Origin: a bacterium
GTDB taxonomy: Bacteria; Patescibacteriota; Dojkabacteria; JAKAPS01; JAJZLI01
Assembly (NCBI GenBank): GCA_027371855.1
Contig: DAHXLB010000011.1
Span: forward strand, 7,459-71,458
Direction: 5' to 3'
DNA: 64,000 bases
The notes under the pieces were generated by a model. That model had not been told where the DNA came from. It made no database searches and saw only the letters and a list, made by a program, of their open reading frames with translations. The position numbers were made by a program, and so were the translations under genes. Below are positions 57,283 to 64,000 of the stretch, in pieces (position 1 is the stretch's first letter; every line of letters begins with the position of its first letter).

Positions 57283-58806
57283 ATGAATAGATACATTAAA
57301 TTTTTTCCCTTTTTGTTAACATTTTTATTAAGACTCCCCGCATTTTATGAGCCCCATTGGTATGAAGATACAGGTATGTATTCAGCAATAGGTATGGCTC
57401 TAAATCATGGTGCAGTTTTATATAGCACTGTATTTGATAATAAAACCCCTTTTATATATTACCTATATGCTTTATATGAACGTATTCCGCTATCTTTAAT
57501 TTTTGTTTACCAATCCGTTTCTTTGATCCTTGCTTTGCTTACTCAGTATTTTATTTTTAAAATAGCTCAATTAAAGTTTGGTAATAAAGTAGCAGTTATA
57601 TCATCCCTTCTTTTTGCTTTACTTATAGGGAGTGTTTTTCTAGAAGGAACATTGGCTAATGCTGAGAATTATTATATGTTCTTTTCTATATTATCTATAT
57701 ATATAATTCTGAAGAATGTTCCTGATATAAGTTTTTTAAAATTATATATTGCAGGACTTGTCATAGGTCTTGGATTAATGTTTAAGGTGTCAGTAATATT
57801 TGATGCATTCTTTATTATTGTATATTTCTTTTTTATATTTGATTTTAAAAAATATGTTAAATCATCATTTTTCTATACCTTGGGTTTGTTCACTCCATTG
57901 GTAATTTTTCTAGTTTATGAATTTTTCACAAACAATCTACCGAACACAATATATGCAATATTTTTGTATAATTTAGGATATGTCGCAAAGGCAAAACCTT
58001 TATTTGGTTTATCAATAGTTGATTTTCAGACTATACTTCTTTTCCTGATCCTATTCATATTTTTTGTATTTTATAAAAAAAGATGGATTAAAAGATCTAG
58101 ATCCAAAGATGTAACTCTCTTTATATATTTATGGGTTATTATTGATTTATACAGTGTATATTTATCAGGAAGACCTTATTTTCATTATCTTCTTCAAATA
58201 GCATTACCTCTTTGTATTTTACTAGGATACTATATATATAGAATATATAAAGAAAGGTGGTATAAAAAAATACTTATTGTATTTTTAGTTGGTATATCTA
58301 TATATCTTGGAGAACTATATTTCTTTAGAGGAGAATTATCATGGCAAATTTTCCAGCAGTTACAATTTAAATATGACTATTATCCTAATTCTTATGCATA
58401 TATGATAGGTAAAGAAACAAGTTCTCAATATAATTCTATTTTTATCTATAATACTAATGTTATATATGAGAAAACTGAGCAGAACGCAAATATAGTATAC
58501 CAGATTGCAAATAATCTGGATTCACTAAATGTTAAGGGTAAGAGAATATTTATAATGGGTAATTTTCCTTGGGATTACTATATGACAAAATCTATTCCCA
58601 GTGAGAAGTATGTAGTTGATTTTCAAATAATAGGGGAAAAAAGACAGAATACTGTTCTCTCTGAGCTAAATAAGAATAAGCCATATCTTATACTCTATTA
58701 TAACGATAGCTATGGATTTAATAAACTGACAGCCTTTATAAATAAATACTACAAACTAGCAAAAACCTCCAATGGTGCATATTTTTATATAATTAAAAGT
58801 AAATAG
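57283..58806 (+). CDS. GT39/ArnT-like (GT-C fold) polytopic glycosyltransferase
   Basis: A 507-aa protein with ~12 helices in the N-terminal two thirds and a soluble C-terminal domain. The first-loop acidic motif is EPHWYEDTGMY. The layout is typical of PMT/ArnT-family enzymes in reduced genomes. The family call is tentative. Confidence 0.5.
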   Translation: MNRYIKFFPFLLTFLLRLPAFYEPHWYEDTGMYSAIGMALNHGAVLYSTVFDNKTPFIYYLYALYERIPLSLIFVYQSVSLILALLTQYFIFKIAQLKFGNKVAVISSLLFALLIGSVFLEGTLANAENYYMFFSILSIYIILKNVPDISFLKLYIAGLVIGLGLMFKVSVIFDAFFIIVYFFFIFDFKKYVKSSFFYTLGLFTPLVIFLVYEFFTNNLPNTIYAIFLYNLGYVAKAKPLFGLSIVDFQTILLFLILFIFFVFYKKRWIKRSRSKDVTLFIYLWVIIDLYSVYLSGRPYFHYLLQIALPLCILLGYYIYRIYKERWYKKILIVFLVGISIYLGELYFFRGELSWQIFQQLQFKYDYYPNSYAYMIGKETSSQYNSIFIYNTNVIYEKTEQNANIVYQIANNLDSLNVKGKRIFIMGNFPWDYYMTKSIPSEKYVVDFQIIGEKRQNTVLSELNKNKPYLILYYNDSYGFNKLTAFINKYYKLAKTSNGAYFYIIKSK

Positions 58807-58842
58807 TCTAAAATTAAGAAGCCTAGACTCAAGAATCTGGAT

Positions 58843-60384
58843 TCAAGGGATCTGTGCAGTTGTAGAATTTAGTGTTGGGTATGTAGGTGTTTGGAAGTTT
58901 ACAATAGGTAAATTATTATTTTGAATATAATCCATTATCAATTGATGAGCCATAGGTCCTGTTTGGAATGCACCTACTGCATTTTGAGACATAAGTGAAT
59001 CGTTTATATTTCCAGCCCATACACCTACTGAAAGTTGAGGGATAAACATATAATCTGTTATATCTCTAGGTCCATTTGATGTCCCATCCTTAGATCCATA
59101 AGGTCTACCTTGAACTGAGTAGTAATAAGTATTAGATCCATATAATGGTTGCTTTAGAACAGTATCGCCTAGTACTGCATCCATCTCTGCTACAGCGTTA
59201 GCATCTAGTATTCTGTTTTTAGGAGGATTAGTGTTATTGAGTATTGTTTGATTGTTGTATACAATTTTAATAAATGGAGTGGATTGAGCATAGTATCCCC
59301 CATTATCTAATGCATTATATGCACCTACCATTCTAACTAAAGGTATTCCTGCAGCACCAAGTACTAGAGGTAATCCAACATATACTTTCGGATCTAACTG
59401 TATACCTTCTTTTATAAGTGTATTAAATCCATTCTGGTATCCTATTCTTGCAAGCATTTTTATTGCCGGAATATTAATTGACTGATTGATTGCCCTATCT
59501 ATTGAAACCCATCCAACTGTATATCCTTCATAATCTGTTGGACAGTAATTTCCATAACATATAGGAGAATCATTAATCATTGTTTGTGGAGAGTATCCCA
59601 TTTCAAATGCTTTAATGTAAATTAATGGTTTCATAGCAGATCCTTGTTGACGTGGAATATCAGCCATATTAAGGTATGCCCCATTGTTTGGCCCTCCAAT
59701 CATAGCAAGAACATATCCATTAGTTGGGTTGTCTGCTACCATAGCTGCAGAATCAGCTCCTATTGGTACATCATATTGTTGAAAGTCACTTGTAACTATT
59801 TGTTGAGCAAGGGTATTCAAGGCTGGATCTACAGTTGTGTAAACTTGTAATCCACCTAAAAGCAGATATTTTTGATAGTTTTGGTATAGTTTATGGATAA
59901 CATATTCTGTAAAATATGGGGTATGAAGAACACTGAAATATGGAGTATTAGTATTTTGATTTGCCAAAGTAATATCACTCTTGGTTATTGCACCTCCGTT
60001 ATATAAAAACTGCATAAAATCATTTTTTGCTTTCATAGCTAAAGATAAAACATCAGGATTTGATGAGTATGGAGGAATATTTTCAAGATGATACAATATA
60101 GAATCACCTGCATATGCTGAAGGATTGGAAACATATTGATATGCTTTCATCTCTGGTCCGTATATTTTACCAATAACTTCATTATTGTTTGCATATATTG
60201 TAGTTGCAGCTTTTGGTTGAGATAAACTTTCTGACGGATTAAATCCATTAAATGGAGTAAATTGTACTGCAGGAACTGTTGCAGTGTTAAAGAGTGTATA
60301 TACAAAACTTGCAAGCAAAAATATTACTGGTACAACTGCGAATTTAATATAAGTTGATTTTAAAATTTTACCCTTCAATTCCAT
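58843..60384 (-). CDS. penicillin-binding protein (class-A-like transpeptidase) with a truncated or degenerate transglycosylase region
   Basis: It has a TM anchor. The transpeptidase motifs are SxxK in RQQGSAMKPLIYIKAFEMG and SxN in NQSINIPAI. The third motif reads GSKDGTS (KDG instead of KTG). The ED..F..H.G motif of GT51 is not present in the ~130 aa between the anchor and the linker domain. Confidence 0.7.
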   Translation of the reverse strand: MELKGKILKSTYIKFAVVPVIFLLASFVYTLFNTATVPAVQFTPFNGFNPSESLSQPKAATTIYANNNEVIGKIYGPEMKAYQYVSNPSAYAGDSILYHLENIPPYSSNPDVLSLAMKAKNDFMQFLYNGGAITKSDITLANQNTNTPYFSVLHTPYFTEYVIHKLYQNYQKYLLLGGLQVYTTVDPALNTLAQQIVTSDFQQYDVPIGADSAAMVADNPTNGYVLAMIGGPNNGAYLNMADIPRQQGSAMKPLIYIKAFEMGYSPQTMINDSPICYGNYCPTDYEGYTVGWVSIDRAINQSINIPAIKMLARIGYQNGFNTLIKEGIQLDPKVYVGLPLVLGAAGIPLVRMVGAYNALDNGGYYAQSTPFIKIVYNNQTILNNTNPPKNRILDANAVAEMDAVLGDTVLKQPLYGSNTYYYSVQGRPYGSKDGTSNGPRDITDYMFIPQLSVGVWAGNINDSLMSQNAVGAFQTGPMAHQLIMDYIQNNNLPIVNFQTPTYPTLNSTTAQIP

Positions 60385-60388
60385 ATAT

Positions 60389-60688
60389 TTAATTATCTAA
60401 ATCTTGGTCTATATCTAGATCTGAATCTAAATCTACTTTTTCTAGTTCCTTATTTATCAGAGTGATTTTATTCTTTGTATTATTTAAATACTTAACACAT
60501 TCTTTATATAGCTTTGTTCCCTCTTCTATTTTTTTTATTTGATCCTCAATAGTTAATTCATCATTTTCAAGTTCTTGTATTATACTTTCGAATCTTTCAT
60601 ATTTTTTGGAAAAACTGATTCCATCGGATCCAGATCCAGATTCTTCATTATGTGTATTTTGAGTATTACTAGTTTTTTTAGCCATCAT
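60389..60688 (-). CDS. xseB: exodeoxyribonuclease VII small subunit
   Basis: Contains FEKYERFESIIQELENDELTIEDQIKKIEEGTKLYKECVKYL, the XseB helical hairpin. It has acidic low-complexity ends and overlaps xseA by 11 nt. Confidence 0.8.
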   Translation of the reverse strand: MMAKKTSNTQNTHNEESGSGSDGISFSKKYERFESIIQELENDELTIEDQIKKIEEGTKLYKECVKYLNNTKNKITLINKELEKVDLDSDLDIDQDLDN

Positions 60689-61946
60689 CTTTCTTATCTA
60701 AAATATTACTTTCAAGTTCTCCTTGCGCTAGTTTAATTTTTACCACATCTCCTATATCAATACTTGAGATAGATTTTATTATTTTATTATCCTTATACAC
60801 TATAGAATATCCTTTATCTAAAATATATAATGGATTTATAGAATTGAGTATTGTAACTTTATTATTAATCAAATTGATCTTATTGTCAACCGTATTTTTT
60901 ACCTTTATAAATTGTATTTTTATTTTATTTTTCATATCTATTCTAATATTATATAGAAAATTCACTCTATCTTTTAGAAAATAAGAAGATTCTTTGAGAT
61001 ATTGTATTTTTTCATTAATTGAATATTCTATATTACTTTTTGAACGCAACATCAAATTATCTATTAACGTGTATTGACCTGTGATTCGTGAGTTAGATTT
61101 TATTATTTCTGTAGATATACATTTTTTTAAATATGCCTTTAAATCATATTTGGAAGGAGCAAGAATATTTGCTGCATCTGTAGGAGTTATAGCATGTACA
61201 TCAGCTACTAGATCAGAAATAGAGACATTACCTTCATGACCTACTGCAGATACAATAACCTTTTTAGAATTGTATATAGTATCTGCCAGTTGTTCAGAAT
61301 TAAATGGCATTAAATCCTCTATTGATCCCCCACCCCTCGTTATTATTATTACCTCTATTCCTTTTATTTTTTCAAAATATTCTATCCCTTCAATGATTTG
61401 TTTCTCAGCATTCTCACCCTGTACTTTGGAGTCGTATAGTGAAATTTTAGTTATAGGGAACCTTTTTTTATATGTGTTTAAAAAGTCTTTATATGCCATT
61501 GAATGTTTGTCTAAAGATGTTACAACACCGATTTTTAAAGGAAACCTTGGTGGTTGTTTTTTTCTATCCTCTTTAAAATACCCCTTATTTAAAAGTTTAA
61601 CTTTTAGTTCCTCTATTGTTTTATATATGTCTCCATCACCTAATATTTTTATATCCTCCAAAACAAGCTGGAATGTTGCCTTTTTTTCAAATAAAGATAA
61701 TGTTCCTTTAACTATAATCTCAGATCCTTCCTTTATGAAGTCTCTATATTTTAATGTCTTCTGCCCAAAGTCTACGCATCTAATTGACGATGTTTCATCC
61801 TTCAGGGTTATAAAGACCCAGCTCTCTTTTGTAATAGTTAATTCTGCGATCTCTCCTTGAATAAAGATACTGTTGAAATTTTCTCTCAAGTGCCTGGATA
61901 CAAATTTATTTATTTGACTAACTGTAAAAATGTTATCTTCGGACAT
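60678..61946 (-). CDS. xseA: exodeoxyribonuclease VII large subunit
   Basis: It has an OB-fold N-terminus, FTVSQINKFVSRHLRENFNSIFIQGEI, and the catalytic region IGVVTS...IIITRGGGSIEDLMPFN...VSAVGHE. Confidence 0.9.
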   Translation of the reverse strand: MSEDNIFTVSQINKFVSRHLRENFNSIFIQGEIAELTITKESWVFITLKDETSSIRCVDFGQKTLKYRDFIKEGSEIIVKGTLSLFEKKATFQLVLEDIKILGDGDIYKTIEELKVKLLNKGYFKEDRKKQPPRFPLKIGVVTSLDKHSMAYKDFLNTYKKRFPITKISLYDSKVQGENAEKQIIEGIEYFEKIKGIEVIIITRGGGSIEDLMPFNSEQLADTIYNSKKVIVSAVGHEGNVSISDLVADVHAITPTDAANILAPSKYDLKAYLKKCISTEIIKSNSRITGQYTLIDNLMLRSKSNIEYSINEKIQYLKESSYFLKDRVNFLYNIRIDMKNKIKIQFIKVKNTVDNKINLINNKVTILNSINPLYILDKGYSIVYKDNKIIKSISSIDIGDVVKIKLAQGELESNILDKKDDG

Positions 61947-62286
61947 AGTTTTTATTTACGATATATTCTTTCAGTGCCTCTGCATTATTATACTTTGATG
62001 ATGAGGAATAGATTAAAATAATACTTTTATCCTTTTCTAAGTTTATAATTTTTCCTATATTTTCTTTATTGTTGTTTAGTTCAATAAAATATTTTTTTCT
62101 AAACTCATCCCATTTCACGGGATCATGCATAAACCATTGCCTAAGTTTATTAGATGGAGCAATTTCTTTTAACCATAAATCAACTTTTAGATTCTCTTTT
62201 GTTACCCATCTTGGCCAGAATCTTTCTACAAGTATTCTGTAGCCATTAGTATTTATTTTGTCATAAGCTCTGTTTAATATTATCAT
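61933..62286 (-). CDS. DUF488 (YeaO-like) protein
   Basis: YRILVERFWPRWVTKENLKVDLWLKEIAPSNKLRQWFMHDPVKWDEFRKKY matches the DUF488 pattern (R.WPRG........D.W...LAPS..L..WF.H....W..F...Y). Confidence 0.7.
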   Translation of the reverse strand: MIILNRAYDKINTNGYRILVERFWPRWVTKENLKVDLWLKEIAPSNKLRQWFMHDPVKWDEFRKKYFIELNNNKENIGKIINLEKDKSIILIYSSSSKYNNAEALKEYIVNKNYVRR

Positions 62287-63997
62287 TATTGGTTAGTATT
62301 TTTGTTTGGTATAAATCTTGTATAGTAAATCCACGATTTTTATAGTACTCCCTTGTTCCAATTCCGGATATAACTGATAACCTATAAAACCCATTATTTT
62401 TAGTTATCTCTTCAGCTTTCAAAAGTAATTTAGTTCCAATTCCTAAATGTTGTGCTGATTTTTCCGAGTCTTGGTTAGATATATCATGAATTCCTAAAGC
62501 TTGACCATATACATGTACTTCTCGTATCAAGGCACTATTTTTTAGTTCATCCAAATAATGATCTTTGTCTTTTGGGATAGATAATCTTAAAAATCCGAGT
62601 AGTTTAGATTCAAGGAAATCTGTTTTTGGTGATTTATCATTCGTATTATATGATAAAAATTTCTCAAAAGTTTTTGTTGTTTCATATTCATATACATCAT
62701 ATGTAATATCTCCTATACTTTGATCTTTTATTTCTCTACAACGTATACATTCACACTTAAGTCCACTCTCTTTCATTTTTATCTGCACTAGTTGTCTTAG
62801 ATTCGTTTTCTTATTGCCATCCATTATATAGGTTGATGGTATATCTCTAATGACTCTATTTATTCTGGAATATTTTTTAACTTGGGATTTTGCATGGATT
62901 AATATATCTATTAATTCTTCTTCAGAGTATGGTACATATTTTTTTGCTTTCCAATAATCATATAATTCTGCTGTCTCAATTATTGAACACGGATATATTT
63001 TTATTTCATCTGGCATATATGATTTATCTTTATATATAGTTTCAATATCTAATTTATCTATATCTGGAGTTGATCCATATAAATTTGGCATCCAGTGAAT
63101 TTGTATTTTGAATCCAAAACTACGTAATATATCTATTGCATTTCTTTGATCTTTTGATGTTTCTCCACGTTTATTAATTTCTAATACTCTATCATTTGTA
63201 CTTTGTATACCAAGTTGTATTTTTGTAGAACCAAGTTCTCTTAGATGTTTTGCCTCAAGATTACTTATTCTGTCAGGCCTTGTCTCTAGGGTTATTCCTA
63301 TACATCTATATTTAGAATTTTGATTAAGTTTTTGAGCATCCTTAAGCATTTGAATATTCCAATTTGAAGGTGGATCTACTTCATTCTGATGAGTGTTGAA
63401 ATTAACAGTGTTTTTTTTATAATTTAATGTTTCATATTTATATGAAAATTCATTCATTGCATCTAAACATCTTTTTATAAACCATTCTTGATAAGGTCTT
63501 GGATATACAGACCATGTTCCACCTAAAACTAAAAGTTCAATCTTTTCAGTTTTATGCCCAATGTTTTGTAATGCCTGCATTCTGTTTTTAACTTGTAGAT
63601 AAGGATCAAATTTATTCATTAGAGCTCTTTGAGCTCCTGGTTCTTTGGAAAGGTAACTTTTAGGCATCATCACATCATCTGGACAAAAAATACATTTACC
63701 TGGACACGGGAAGGGTTTTGTTAGTACTGTTATAGGAACTACTCCGGATATAGTTCTTATAGGTTTCATTTGAATTTTTTGTATTAGGGAATAGTCTTCT
63801 GTAATATTCTTATCCTTACACAATTTTTTGTATAGAGTTATTACTTTGCTTTGGGATAAGTTACTTTCTCTAATAAGTGTTTTTATATCTTGGGATGGAT
63901 TATCAATTAGGGTTTCTATTATATTCTGGTTAGAGAAATTTAAAGGTTTTACAGGTAAAGGCTGTTTCATATTAATATCTAATAAATATTTTTTCAC
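62261..63997 (-). CDS. elp3: Elp3-family radical-SAM / GNAT acetyltransferase (tRNA U34 modification enzyme homolog)
   Basis: Contains KPIRTISGVVPITVLTKPFPCPGKCIFCPDD (the CxxxCxxC radical-SAM cluster in Elp3 context), an LGIQS TIM-barrel region, and the C-terminal GNAT motif SAQHLGIGTKLLLKAEEI. It has a GTG start at 63997. Confidence 0.75.
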   Translation of the reverse strand: MKKYLLDINMKQPLPVKPLNFSNQNIIETLIDNPSQDIKTLIRESNLSQSKVITLYKKLCKDKNITEDYSLIQKIQMKPIRTISGVVPITVLTKPFPCPGKCIFCPDDVMMPKSYLSKEPGAQRALMNKFDPYLQVKNRMQALQNIGHKTEKIELLVLGGTWSVYPRPYQEWFIKRCLDAMNEFSYKYETLNYKKNTVNFNTHQNEVDPPSNWNIQMLKDAQKLNQNSKYRCIGITLETRPDRISNLEAKHLRELGSTKIQLGIQSTNDRVLEINKRGETSKDQRNAIDILRSFGFKIQIHWMPNLYGSTPDIDKLDIETIYKDKSYMPDEIKIYPCSIIETAELYDYWKAKKYVPYSEEELIDILIHAKSQVKKYSRINRVIRDIPSTYIMDGNKKTNLRQLVQIKMKESGLKCECIRCREIKDQSIGDITYDVYEYETTKTFEKFLSYNTNDKSPKTDFLESKLLGFLRLSIPKDKDHYLDELKNSALIREVHVYGQALGIHDISNQDSEKSAQHLGIGTKLLLKAEEITKNNGFYRLSVISGIGTREYYKNRGFTIQDLYQTKILTNNDNIKQSL

Positions 63998-64000
63998 TGA

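Noticed and set aside
1676-61860. About 45 short ORFs in the supplied track that lie antisense to, or out of frame inside, well-supported genes. Examples are 1676-1864, 8507-8974, 13429-13875, 16755-17216, 22766-23047, 35176-35589, 48166-48621 and 61270-61860.
   Set aside because: Their translations are low-complexity (Ser/Phe/Ile/Leu-rich) shadow frames of AT-rich coding DNA. None shows a recognisable motif, and each fully overlaps a gene with strong motif support.
1-64000. An alternative genetic code (UGA recoding), as in some candidate-phyla bacteria.
   Set aside because: Long, motif-complete ORFs are obtained with the standard code, and conserved proteins terminate at the expected lengths, including at TGA (nrdJ).

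Overview
This is a strongly AT-rich, very compact bacterial chromosome segment read in the standard genetic code. It holds about 60 protein genes, many overlapping by 1-30 nt or abutting with 0-6 nt gaps. I saw no rRNA, tRNA, CRISPR array, transposase, integrase or recognisable defence island. The content is mostly housekeeping:
- Cell wall: ddl (partial), murF, murB and a PBP.
- Four aaRS genes: leuS, argS, proS, lysS.
- dNTP and thymidylate genes: class II RNR translationally coupled to a cobalamin adenosyltransferase, a double-length ThyX, a Tmk-like kinase and an NT5C-like nucleotidase.
- An 8-gene envelope-glycan operon: GT4-GT28-GT28-GT4, Wzx-like, Wzy-like, ending in murB.
- An alpha-glucan island: two GT5 synthases, two GH57-UVR proteins and a GalT-family enzyme.
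- An HtrA / two-component / LysM-peptidase block, an ABC transporter, nth, trxB, xseAB, DUF488 and a bacterial Elp3.
- One intact BrnT/BrnA toxin-antitoxin pair and one decayed RelB/YafQ-like pair.

The gene set and compactness suggest a reduced-genome Patescibacteria/CPR-like organism. That is inference only.

The signals not explained by ordinary annotation are:
1. A dispersed GATC-rich dodecamer family (GGATCCAGATCC and variants) that sits in frame as GSGS/RSRS/DPD codons. It occurs in loops and C-terminal tails of conserved proteins and at gene junctions.
2. An unusually long 656-nt divergent intergenic region. It contains two diverged copies of a ~200-nt module, each ending in a terminator-like hairpin whose substitutions keep G-U pairing only on the + strand. 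The copies flank a 106-nt long-range hairpin. These are candidate paralogous sRNAs or leaders.
3. Three unannotated or unusual small genes: a 9-Cys 39-aa peptide, a LysW-like zinc ribbon, and a DUF2905 protein carrying an in-frame 15-bp tandem repeat.
4. Several atypical enzyme couplings and architectures.

I could not identify a clear-cut new multi-gene system such as a defence, secretion or mobile system. All calls rest on motif recognition by eye, with no database search.
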